Of a stretch of 64,000 nucleotides of DNA, positions 24,764-35,982 are shown piece by piece. Position numbers and translations under genes: made by a program. Within the stretch, counting starts at the first letter, position 1; each line of letters opens with the position of its first letter. Origin of the DNA: Zootoca vivipara (lineage: Eukaryota). The stretch spans positions 80,228,001 to 80,292,000 of the forward strand of contig NC_083276.1 of the NCBI RefSeq assembly GCF_963506605.1. The letters run 5' to 3'. A model generated the notes under the pieces. The model worked only from the letters and a program-made list of their open reading frames with translations. It did not search any database and was not told the origin of the DNA.

Positions 24764-25883
24764 CTTCTCTGAAGATACAGAGGTGGATTTACTGATGAAA
24801 GGTTTCCCTGGAGGAATAGAAATGGAAGATGATTGACCACTAATCATTCTGGATAGCAGGAATGCTGCTCAGGCTCTGGACAAAGAAATCAGTCTGACTT
24901 GAAGCAACTATTTATCTGCATTGTGTGCATGTCTCCTTAGAAACAGTGAGGTCACACACACATCATTGTGATGTCACAGACTCAGGATTTTTAAAGGGGG
25001 CTAATGATACAAACCAGGCCATTCATGGTTTTAATACATCAGGGTCAGGTCTTAAACGCTCCTTATGGGTTGCAGGTGCACTGTGGCTCAAGCGAAGCAA
25101 TAGAACCAACTCCTTCCACAAAAATGGAGATACCAGAATATACCATTTTACCTGAAGATTGTAAAAATATTCAACCTTGCTATTCTGTTCCAATTGGCAA
25201 GTTAGACACACTCAGAGAAATCCCTATTGAAATGGAGGGGAACCACACAAGAGTAGGGTGGCACTTTTCCTTTTTATAGAGGCTTCTAAGAGAAAAGCTT
25301 CCAGAGGATTTGAAACACTGAAGATCGGGTTAAATGTTTAGGGATCTCCCAGTACTGGGTGTGTGGATGTGGGTGTCCTTCCTTCTATGAACCAGGAGCC
25401 AATTCGTATGATAGTCCCCACCCCATGCTGTAGCACATGGATTCTGCACATTCCACACAAAGCACTAGCTAATCTGTACCCCTCCCACAATTCTGCCTGT
25501 GCTTTTTCTAGAACTCTTCTATTGCATCTTTCTTGTTCTTCTGCTGTCAATATATGAGTGCTTGTGGTGCATTGTAGCTCTGCACTATTAACATGTTTTC
25601 AATCTATCCACCTCAAGTTTACAATAACATCTGAGTGGGAAATTGTTATGCTCCATATTTGTTTCCAAACCTCCATTTTGTATCCATTGGTGAGCAGCTG
25701 TGAGGAACCGCTTTTTCTTATTTTTCCTTCATAATTTCAACTGCTTTGTTGTGAAGTACCACAGAGAACTTTCCATTTTAATTTTCTCCACCCTCCCAAC
25801 ACACCTGAAGTGCTAGACATGTATTGACAAAATAAATGGCACCTGTTAATAGGTCAGTTGAGAGACCACCTTACTCCTTATAT

Positions 25884-26356
25884 CAGGCATCCCCAAACTC
25901 GGCCCTCCAAATGTTTTGGGACTACAACTCCCATCATCCCTAGCTATATAGCTGCCAAGTCTCCCGTATTCCCCGGGAAATCCCCGTTTTTCCAGCTGTT
26001 CCTAGCTGAAAAAACGGATTTTTTTGTTTTTCCCCCGGTTTATTCTGGCGTGGTGGCCATTTTGGAACTGGGCGGAGCATGCTCAGAAGCGACTTTTGAT
26101 GCTGCTCTGCCCAGTTCCAAAATGGCTGCAGTGCGATTTCTGGCACGGTGGCCATTTTGGAACTGGGCAAAGCAGCATAAAAAGTCACTTCTGAGCATGC
26201 TCCGCCCAGTTCCAAAATGGCGGCAGCGCTACTTCCAGTCTGCTACTTCCGGCCCGGTCCTTATTTCTCCGACAGTAACTTGGCAGGTATGCCTAGCTAA
26301 CAGGACCAGTGGTCAGGGACGATGGGAATTGAAGTCCCAAAACAGCTGGAGGGCTG
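25884..26356. mobile_element. hAT MITE (CAGGCATCCCC family) carrying a nested insertion
   Basis: TSD CCTTATAT (25876-25883, 26357-26364); right end deleted. Confidence 0.8.
25947..26291. mobile_element. Nested hAT MITE (CATAGCTGCCAAG family)
   Basis: TIR TATAGCTGCCAAGT/ACTTGGCAGGTATG; TSD CCTAGCTA; internal inverted GCCATTTTGGAACTGGGC repeats. Confidence 0.85.
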
Positions 26357-26789
26357 CCTTATATACCCAGCAGATTATTGTGTTCTGCAGGAGTCTCCCT
26401 CAAGTTCCAAAGATCTTAGAATCCCAGTCAACAGTAGCTCAGAGGAAGGCTTTCAGTGTTGCTGCCCCTGTTCTGTAGAACAGCATTTCTGTCAAGATAT
26501 GGCAGAGGCCACTTTTTGCACTTTCCATAAACAATTGAAAATATGTTTGTTTTGTTGGCGAAATTTCTCACAGACAATTTAACCAAGCTTTCCCAGCTGG
26601 CTGAAGAGGCCTCTCTGCCTTAGATTTAAAAGCAATATGAATGAATACCTGTCTCTAGTTGTTGTTGTTTTTTGCATTGTTAGTTTTAAAAGCAATTTTT
26701 AGCTGTTTTTATTATATCCTGCATTGCAAGAGGTTGGACTCGAAGACCCTCGGGGTTCCTTCCAACTTTATGAAAATCCAACACACATT

Positions 26790-27233
26790 TACAGCACTAT
26801 GCGGCTTGGGACCCTCGTACCTACGGGACCGCCTCTCCTGGTATGCCCCGCGGAGGACCTTAAGGTCCACAAATAACAATATTTTGGAGATCCTGAGCCA
26901 TAAAGTGGCTGGATTGGCCTCAACTAGGGCCAGGGCCTTTTCAGTATTGCCCCCGACTTGGTGGAACGCTCTCTCACAGGAGACCAGGGCCCTGCGGGAT
27001 TTGACATCTTTCTGCAGGGCCTGCAAGACAGAGCTGTTCCGCCTGGCCTTTGCGTTTTGATTTGGGCCATTTTAAAATGAGGCTGCATTTTACAACAATT
27101 TTAAAATCTAAATTGTTTTTTAATCTGCATTTTAATCAATTGTTTTTCTTTCTTTTATATTTTATTGTAATTTTATTGATGTCAGCCGCCCTGAGCCCGG
27201 CTCTCACTGGGGAGGGCGGGGTATAAATAAATA

Positions 27234-27278
<45 letters not shown>
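26790..27278 (+). mobile_element. L2-like LINE 3' fragment with (TAT)n tail
   Basis: GLGPSYLRDRL..Y.P.RTLRS...RAFSV..PT.WNAL motif; tail GGGCGGGGTATAAATAAA(TAT)n. Confidence 0.8.
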
Positions 27279-27279
<1 letters not shown>

Positions 27280-28548
27280 TCCCCCAAGGAATCCTGGGAA
27301 CCGTAGTTATTTATGGGTGAATTGCAGCTCCGTGAAGTGGAAACTACAGTTCCCAGGATTCTTTAAGGGAAGCCATGTGCGTGGCATGTGCTTTAAAGAC
27401 ATGGTGTGCATCTACCCTAAACCATTTTGACACACACACACATGTAGGTGATTTGTAAGTAAGTAAGTAAGTAAGTAAATAACCTCCCGGCATGTGGCAA
27501 AGCATGGCTGCCACTTGGGTGGGGGAGGGAGGCTCCAACCATCTTCTGCATCTGGCAGCCATGACAGCAGCTCCACTAATTGGCCAGTCCTGCAGCATCT
27601 CGCCCATGCGGTGAGGCTCTCCTCCTTGGAGCAAGGCAGGGAGAAGGTGGAGACAACAACAACAACAAAATGTTGCAGATGACGCCTCCTGCTTTGAGGT
27701 ATATCATACAGTTTTATTGTGTTTTTGCATGGGTTGTATTAGGTTTTGTGTATGGTCTTGATTGATGGGGAGGGGGGAATGGGATAAAAAATTACTTATT
27801 GCCATTCACTGCCCCTTTTGTCAGGGACACTGACGCTAAGATTTTTACCTTTTTAATAAGTTATGTGTCTAGGACACATGCCTTTTTACCATAAGAACTG
27901 CAAAAGTATTAATGGTGGTTACGTAGTATTCGGCCCATCTGTCTAGTCTGCTGGCCTCCTGGACATGGGAAGCGAGGAAACAGGACAGGTGTGCAATAGG
28001 CCCCTCCTGCCATCATTCCCCAGCCACTCGTATTCAGAACCATCCTACCTCTGATCCTGAAGACAGGATATAGCGGTCATGACTAGATGCCAATGACAGC
28101 CTTATCGTCCATGAATTTATTTAATTCCCTTTTTAAAAAAAACATTAAATTGAGCAGCTATCACTTTGTCTTTTGGTAGTGAATCCCATAGTTTAACCAT
28201 ACACAGTATGAAAAATACTCCACTTTCAGAGTCCCCAAATGCTAGGACCATTCCTTGTAAAGCTTATATTGGCTGCCCTTTTCCTGAGCCTTTTCCCGCT
28301 CTTCTGTATCCTTTTTAGGGCAAGGCAACCAAAACTGCACACACTATTTTAAAGTGTGGACACACCACAAATTTATATGAAGACGTTTCCTTTCATAACA
28401 ATGCAAACACGGAATTAATATTTTCACACAGCTGTCTCGTACTGGGTCAACATTTGCACTGAGCATTTCCTGGTTGGTCGCCATCAGCTCATACTCCATC
28501 AGCATATAGGATCTTTTTGTCCCAATGTGCATCACTTTACACATAGGT

Positions 28549-28685
28549 AAGTGTTTCTCAATCTTGTGTCCCCAGCTGTTGCTGGACTACAATTCCCATC
28601 ATCCCTAGCTAGCAAGACCAGTAGTCAAGGGTGATGGGAGTTGTAGGTCCAACAACAGCTGGGGACCCAAGGTTGAGAAACACTG
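28549..28685. mobile_element. hAT MITE
   Basis: TIR (c/a)AGTGTTTCTCAA/TTGAGAAACACTG; TSD ACATAGGT. Confidence 0.85.
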
Positions 28686-28694
28686 ACATAGGTG

Positions 28695-29045
28695 GTCATT
28701 GTTGTGCTTGGAATGTTAGACTAGGACAGGCATCTCCAAACTTCGGCCCTCCAGATGTTTTGGACTACAATTCCCATCAACCCTGACCACTGGTCCTGTT
28801 AGCTAGGGATCATGGGAGTTGTAGGCCAAAACATCTGGAGGGCCGCAGTTTGGGGATGCCTGGACTAGGACCTCGGAGACCAGGCTTGAAAACCCTGCTC
28901 AGCCATTAAGCTGACTGGGAACCACAGCCTCAGAGTCTAACCTACCACACAGGGTTGCCAGGGATAAAATGGGGAGGAATTGATCCATGTACACTATCCT
29001 GAGCTCCTTAAGTAGAAGTATGGGATATAAATGGGATAAATAAAT
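28695..29045 (+). mobile_element. tRNA-derived (MIR/Squam3-like) SINE hosting a MITE
   Basis: GACTAGGACC..GGAGACCAGG...CTCAGCCAT.AAGCT.ACTGG...CTAACCTACC.CACAGGGTTG...CCTGAGCTCCTT; related copy at 39325-39515. Confidence 0.55.
28727..28862. mobile_element. hAT MITE inserted in a SINE
   Basis: TIR CAGGCATC/GATGCCTG; TSD GACTAGGA. Confidence 0.88.
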
Positions 29046-29419
29046 GAACTGCATTTGCCATTTAATGCCTATTCAGCCAGTTCCACTTGAAATCCCATTT
29101 TGTTTCTATTGACCTGAATAATTTGATGGTCTCAGAAAATATCAATCATTGTAGGAAACATTGCTGTACACACCAGACACATGCATACCCATATCTGGGA
29201 ACCCAGCAAGAGAAATGAAATGCGTACATATGTCCTTTCATAGGGTTGTGCAGAGTGTAGGGGAAAGACCTAAATCAGGTATTAAACCACAACATCTAAA
29301 CATTCTCCAAAAACAGCAATTAGCCATTGCCCCTTACCTTGTCGTTTCTCTAAGCGGGAGAGTGCTAGAGCCCTGTCTAGTCATGTTGTATGGGATCAAT
29401 TCCAATCTGTTACCTCCGA

Positions 29420-31031
29420 GGATGTGGACAGGCTGCTTGGACGAGTGAAACCAACCACCTGCCTCCTTGATCCTTGCCCATCCTGGCTAATAAAAGTGAG
29501 CCGGAAAGGGCTGGGCGATAGGCTCCACAGGATGGTGAATGCTTCCCTCTACGAGGGAGCCTTCCCAGACCCACTGAAAGAGGCGGTCATTAAACCGCTT
29601 CTTTAAAAAAAACATCTTTAGACCCGGCCAATATGGCCAACTACCGCCCAGTCTCAAATCTTTCATTCTTGGGCAAGGTGATTTGAGCGGGTGGTTGCTG
29701 AACAACTCCAAGCATGCCTGGAAGAAGCGGACCATTTGGATCCCTTCCAATCGGGATCCAGGCCTCACCATGGGACTGAAACTGCCTTGGTCGCGCTGGT
29801 CGATGATCTCCGGCGAGCTAGGGACAAAGGTGAGAGCTGTTTCCTAGTTCTGCTGGATCTCTCAGCGGCCTTTGACACCATCGACCATAACATCCTTCTG
29901 GACCGTCTAGAGGGGCTGGGAGCTGGGGGCACTGTCCACTCCTTCCTCCTGGGCCATGTTCAGAAAGTGGTGGTGGGGGATGAGTGTTCAGACCCCTGGG
30001 CAACTCACTTGTGGGGTGCCTCAGGGTTCCGTTCTCTCACCCATGCTTTTTAATATCTATATGAAGCCGCTGGGAGAGATCACCAGGGGGTTTGGCCTGG
30101 GTGTTCATCAGTATGCAGATGACACCGAGCTCTACCTCTCTTTTAAATCAGAACCAGTGAAGGTCCTGTGTGAGTGCCTGGAGGCGGTTGGAGGATGGAT
30201 GGTGGCTAATGGATTGAAGTTGAATCCTGGCAAGACAAAAGTACTATTTTTGGGGGACAGGAGGCAGGCAGGTATGGAGGACTCCCTGGTCTTGAATGGG
30301 GTAACTGTGCCCCTGAAGGACCAGGTGTGCAGCCTAGGAGTCATTTTGGACTCGTAGCTGTCCATGGAGGCACAGGTTAATTCTGTGTACAGGGCGGCTG
30401 TCTACCAGCTCCATCTGGTACGCAGGCTGAGACCCTACCAGCCTGCAGACTGTCTCACCAGAGTGGCGCATTTTCTGGTTATCTCCCGCTTGGACTACTG
30501 CAATGCGCTCTACGTGGGGCTACCTTTGAAGGTGACCCGGAAACTGCAATTAATCCAGAATGCGGCAGCTAGACTAGTGACTGGGAGTGGCCGGCAGGGC
30601 CACATAACACCGGTCCTGAGAGATCTACACTGGCTCCCAGTACGTTTCCGGGCACAATTCAAAGTGTTGGTACTGACCTTTAAAGGCCTAAATGGCCTCG
30701 GTCCTGTATACCTGAAGGAGCGTCTCCACCCCCACCATTCAGCCCGGACACTGAGATCCAGCACCAAGGGCCTTCTGGCGGTTCCCTCATTGCAAGAAGT
30801 GAGGTTACAGGGAACCAGACAGAGGGCCTTCTCGGTAGTGGCACACGTCCTGTGGAACGCCCTCCCAGCAGATGTCAAGGCAATAAGTAACTATTTTACT
30901 TTTAGAAGACACCTGAAGGCGGCCCTGTTTAGGGAAGTTTTTAATGTTTAATGCTGTACTGTTTTAATATTCGGCAGGAAGCCGCCCAGAGTGGCTGGGG
31001 AAACCCAGCCAGATGAGCGGGGTATAAATAA

Positions 31032-31084
<53 letters not shown>
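29420..31084 (+). mobile_element. L2-like LINE, 5'-truncated, with disabled reverse transcriptase
   Basis: RT motifs LVLLDLSAAFDTIDH, GVPQGSVLSP, YADD, SRLDYCNALY spread over several frameshifted ORFs; (TAT)n tail 31031-31084. Confidence 0.9.
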
Positions 31085-31085
<1 letters not shown>

Positions 31086-31173
31086 TCCAATCTTCTGAGC
31101 ACAGAAATGGTTCCCAACTTCTGAGCACAGAAAAAAATGGGGGGGGGGGACTATTTAACTTAGGTACCAACAG

Positions 31174-31280
31174 GAGTCTGACCAAACTGCGGGAGGCAGT
31201 GGAAGACAGGAGTGCCTGGTGTGCTCTGGTCCATGGGGTCACAAAGAGTTAGACACAACTAAACGACTAAACAACAATAA
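31174..31280 (+). mobile_element. BovB/RTE 3' end fragment
   Basis: CCAAACTGCGGGAGGCAGTGGAAGACAGGAGTGCCTGG...AAACGACTAAACAAC. Confidence 0.8.
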
Positions 31281-31578
31281 CAGAAGCAGCAGCAGCATAG
31301 ATCAGGATCAGACCATGTTTTGTGTCCAAAAGGTCTAAAGTTCAGTCTCTGGTAGCTCTAACCAAAAAGGTCTTAAGATTGCAGAGTTGGGGAAATCCTT
31401 GGCTAGCCACTTCTAGTCAGAAAGTACTGGACCAGTGCAGTGCAAGGGAGACCAAAGGATACTGCGGAGAAGTTTGTGAGGTAACATGCTTCTTCCTCAT
31501 GCAAAGCTAAATCCACCATGGACAGCAGCCTGCGGCCACCAACCCTATTTTGGCTCCTGAGGATGGCATTGTCCTTAC

Positions 31579-31730
31579 CTGTCCCAACAGAGCGAGCAGA
31601 ACTTGGTGACGTCCAAAAGGAACGAACCATTCATTTATTTAAGGAACTGAAGTTGGGAACTTGACGGTCGAATGCAGAAAGCTGAAGTCTAGCAGCATGT
31701 AACCTAGCAACCAGCGCCTAGCAACTAGCT
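31579..31730 (-). promoter_or_regulatory. SAXO4: Putative SAXO4 promoter / non-coding exon 1 with RFX X-box and CRE-like site
   Basis: donor CAG|GTAAGG at 31578; X-box GTAACCTAGCAAC 31699-31711 plus half-site CCTAGCAAC 31717-31725; TGACGTC 31607-31613; local CpG enrichment. Confidence 0.6.
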
Positions 31731-33199
31731 CGACAACATTGCTCTCCTTCCAATGGCCTTATAGTTCAAAGGGTATTGGGAGCGACTGCAGGGGCCCTGG
31801 GCACACATGCCAAATACATGAAATGGTTCTGATTATTTGGATTGCTAAATATAACCCTCAAGGGGTTGAGATCTGTGTGTTTCCTGAGCCATTATCCCAT
31901 TGTAGTCAAGTCGAGCTACTGGACAGGAGCTGGGGAGGTATGCAGCAGTTGAAGATTAAGTCTCACCAAATCAGTTCTGCCACTGCTCCCATGTCCGTAA
32001 AACATAGAACAGTACCAAGTGGGCAGAAAGGAAGATGTGTAAGGCTATGTGCCTACTAAATGTCTGCAGCCACAGCTCTGCAGTGTAATTCAAGTGTAAC
32101 TTTAGATGTCTGGCACACAACTCTTGAGAATTTAAATCTTCACCACCATTATTCAACCTCCAAATGTTCTGCATTTGTATCTGCGAAATAATTTTGAAAT
32201 GTTACTGTAAAGTCTCAGCAGTATGAGTTGTGGGTTTCAGACAGCTCAGTTTCGATGGCATTGCTTGACACTGAATCTCTGTAATCTGAACTTTGACACA
32301 GAATAGAAATCTCTGAGCATACAAAATTAAAGATATGTAAGTTACACATCACTTTTGATCAAGCCTGCATGTGAATATTCAGTACTGAGCAAATATCAAC
32401 ATGCTTATAATGACACCATGTGGTAGTTTAAAGGTAATACCATAGACTAGGTGGCTGCAAAGAAACATGTAACCTTAAGCATGACTTTTAAAGTTCTGTG
32501 TGATAAGGGGGTGGGGGGAAACCAACTCTAGGAGGGCCAAGCTGTATTTCAAATTGTCACACAGCTAGTGTTTTAATAAGATTTTTTAAATAAAAAAGTA
32601 CATGACATAAACCATGTTCTGTAGAAACCCCTGGGTGTCTGAAACTGTTTATATGATTATTGAAAAAGTCACTGCTGGCGAGAAGAAAAAAGTATGTATC
32701 TTAGACCAATTTAAAACACCTGTTTTGAAAATAGCCGACTCCCAGTAAATGACTGAAAAGTGGAAAAGAGCCTAAGTCACACAATAATGTTTTCTTCTTT
32801 TTGCACAATCAACTTCTAAAAATAGAATAGTCAAAGTTCATTCAACTAGGAATGCTGGAAATTGGGCGAAAAAGAGGAAATACAAACAGCAGCCACCCAC
32901 TGAATAAAGAGTGTATATTTATGAAAATTTATGAACAGAGACATAGGCTGATCTATTTGCTTTTTTATTTTTAAGTATTTCACATAAAATTTTCAAAAGG
33001 GTGGTCCCCTTTAGAATAAGGAATTTGTAGCAAATGGCAGACATTTTTGTGTCCTGGGAAAAGATAATGTCCTTTTAAGTTAAATTCTACTTTTGGCTTT
33101 TAATTTTTATGTTCTTTTTTTGTTCTCATTGTGTTTTTCTAAGTTGAGAACTGCCCTGTGATCTCTGAATGAAAGGCAGTATAAAAATGTAATAAATAA

Positions 33200-33410
33200 T
33201 AGAATCAGAGTTGGAAGGGACCCAAGGGTCATCTAGTTCAACCCCCTGCAATGCATAAATCTCAGCTAAAGTATCCATGACAGATGGCCATCCAATCTCT
33301 GTTTAAAAACCTCCAAGGAAGGAGAGTCCACCACCTCTCACGGGACGCTGTTGCACTGCCGAACAGCTCTTACTGCCAGAAAGTTTTTTCGAATGTTTAG
33401 TGGGAATGTT
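33200..33410 (-). mobile_element. CR1 3' fragment
   Basis: AGAATCAGAGTTGGAAGGGACC...AAAAACCTCCAAGGAAGGAGAGTCCACCAC, reverse complement of the CR1 end at 14700-14900. Confidence 0.75.
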
Positions 33411-34715
33411 TAATGTTTTACAGTATATTATGTACTTCCTATATTAAACTTTGCTTGGTACAGCAAATGGGTGAGAATTATTCTACATCTGGGGGTGGAG
33501 GGAGACAGAGTGAGTATTCACTAACTGCCATACTCATCAAATTACAGTACAACAACTACAAAGGACAGACAGTAACCATTTAACGCGGCAGCTGCCATTG
33601 TATCAGACGGTAGCAAATGAGGAAAGAGGAGTGAAATGAATAGACTGACAAGAATGGCTGAGTACCCAGGAGTCACAGACTATAAAGCATAGGGTCAGTG
33701 GTGGGTGGTGGGGGGACAATAACCATGTGCCACCGGTTTTCACTGACAAGGCACAGCTAAAACCTTGAGTCCAAAGTTGGATTAAGGTCATTGGGGACAC
33801 TGGTGCAATTCCCAACAGATGACTCTCTTTCCCCTGCAAAAATCACATGAAGGTACCACAGAATGGGGGCTGCCATCCACAGTGTGAACAAATTAGGCCC
33901 CTCCATGCATTCACTGTCACCGAGTAGCAGTAATTACATCTGCCTGTTGCCAGTGATGGAAGAGAAGGAATGTAGGGCCACTCCACTGGGACAGCTGAGA
34001 GATCAGTAACTTTTGGTGCCTCCCCTCCTTGCATTTTCCCATCCCAGCTGGTCTTTAAAGCAGCTTGAAAACTTGGATTTGAACCAGTTTGCTTATTTCC
34101 TCCTAGCTCCCTCCATTTCCTTTTGTGTCATGTATTTTTAGATTGTAAGGCTGAGAGCATATATATTTTTTGGCTGAAGGGTGAGATTAAAAAAATCTTT
34201 AAATAAATAAACAACACACACACACACTGCCAAGGACATACACAAGGGCGATATGCAAGGACCAAATCTTCCATATGCAGCTTGTTAATGTTGGCCTCAT
34301 TGATCTACTGAAGATGTACTAACAGCACCAATATGTACAGGTTCTGGTGGAGCCTCCAACTGATGTCTCAAAATTCCTGCAAAAATATTTGTGGCTAAGA
34401 ATAAAAGGAAAGTCTCCTAGGCTAGGGACACGAGTTGTAGCAATTGGACAAAGACAGTAGCAAATGCAACCTATCAAGGAGAATGGAAGGAAAGTGATGG
34501 GCACATCCAACAGTGCATAGGCTGACATAGCTGAAGACTGGTAAGTATATCCAGGACAAGGCTGCACTTGTGGGGAGGCCTGAGGCAACTCCACTGCTGT
34601 CATGTGACTGCATGGAGTCAGATCACTGCACCAACTCCAGCAATTGGCTTTAGGAATGTACCCTCAGCATCTAAGATGTCCAGTACTGTAATGAATTACT
34701 TATATGGGGTTGCTA

Positions 34716-35022
34716 GGTAAAGGTAAAGGGACCCCTGACCATTAGGTCCAGTCGTGACTGACTCTGGGGTTGCGGCGCTTATCTCGCGTTATTGGCCAAG
34801 GGAGACGGCGTACAGCTTCCAGGTCATGTAGCCAGCATGACAAAGCTGTTTCTGGCGAACCAGAGCAGCACACGGAAATGCCGTTTACCTTCCTGCTGTA
34901 GCGGTACCTATTTATCTACTTGCACTTTGATGTGCTTTCGAACTGCTAGCTCACCCCATCAGGGGGATTTGAACCGCCGACCTTCTGATCGGCAAGCCCT
35001 AGGCTCTGTGGTTTAACCCACA
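34716..35022 (-). mobile_element. Sauria SINE
   Basis: (ACCTTT)n tail; tRNA-like head; 10-bp TSD GGGGTTGCTA (34706-34715, 35023-35032). Confidence 0.9.
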
Positions 35023-35189
35023 GGGGTTGCTATCCACTCATTATTGAAAATATACTTATAGCAAAAAGAGTGCTATAGACTTCGAGAAATCTATGATTCT
35101 CAGTCATTTGTTCACCTTTTGGGCAGACTCGTACAATACAGAAATCTGCCCATGAATCCTGGAACTGAGCAGAATATAAAATAATACTA

Positions 35190-35438
35190 CAGTCGTACCT
35201 TGGAAGCCGAACAGAATCCATTCCGGAATTCTGTTCAACTTCTGAAACATTTGACTTCCAAAGCACGGCTTCTGATTGGCTTCAGGAACCTCCTGCAGCC
35301 AATCGGAAGCCGCGGAAGCCCTGTTAGACGTTCGGCTTCCAAAAGAACATTCGAAAACCAGAACATTCACTTTGTTTTTGATCATTTGGGAGCTGAAACT
35401 TTAGACTCTCAAGGCGTTCAGGAGCTGAGATACAACTG
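35190..35438. mobile_element. Tc1/mariner (Tigger-like) MITE
   Basis: TA-CAGTCGTACCT...AGATACAACTG-TA. Confidence 0.7.
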
Positions 35439-35716
35439 TAATTTGTTATGTATAACAACCATGTGTACTTCTCAATGAACCAGCACACACAACCATGCCT
35501 TTTGTTTTTATCAATCACCTTGCAGTCCTATACCAGTGGGATTGCTGAAGTGCATTCTGAGTCAGAAAAGGTACCCTGTCAACACTTCTATACCTGTCTT
35601 CTCAGATGTAAGTTTCATTGAATTTAATGGGAGCTATAACTAAGTATCTAAAGGACCGCATCCTTTTTGGGGGGGTGGGTGGGGGGAATAGTCTTCAAGA
35701 AAAAAAGCACTGTAGC

Positions 35717-35722
35717 TTTATT
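35717..35722 (-). terminator. Candidate SDHAF2 poly(A) signal AATAAA
   Basis: TTTATT on + strand, about 140 nt after the SDHAF2 stop. Confidence 0.45.
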
Positions 35723-35863
35723 ACAGAGAAGCAAAGCATGGATAACTGACCATTCAGTAAATATTTCACAAGAGTGGGACTCAAGAGGCCTGAATACCAC
35801 AGGTTTCAAATGATGTCCAGAATGTATGGCCTTCTCTAGAAACCACAAGATCAGTGTGAAGCT

Positions 35864-35982
35864 TCAAAAAGGATATTCAAGATCTGGTTGTTGCAGTCTC
35901 TTTTCTCTGTTCTTGTTTTTGGTAAACTCTCTAAGCATCTCCATGACTTCATTTTCAAAGATTTCTGGAGCAGGCTTTGCTT
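35864..35982 (-). CDS. SDHAF2: SDHAF2 exon 4 coding part
   Basis: [20 protein letters not shown]...; TGA at 35864-35866 as assembled. Confidence 0.9.

Noticed and set aside
25858-26478. 206-aa ORF
   Set aside because: It spans nested MITEs and shows no coding signature.
29424-30951. Reverse transcriptase ORFs as an active or novel RT system
   Set aside because: This is a frameshifted, stop-containing, 5'-truncated L2-like LINE.
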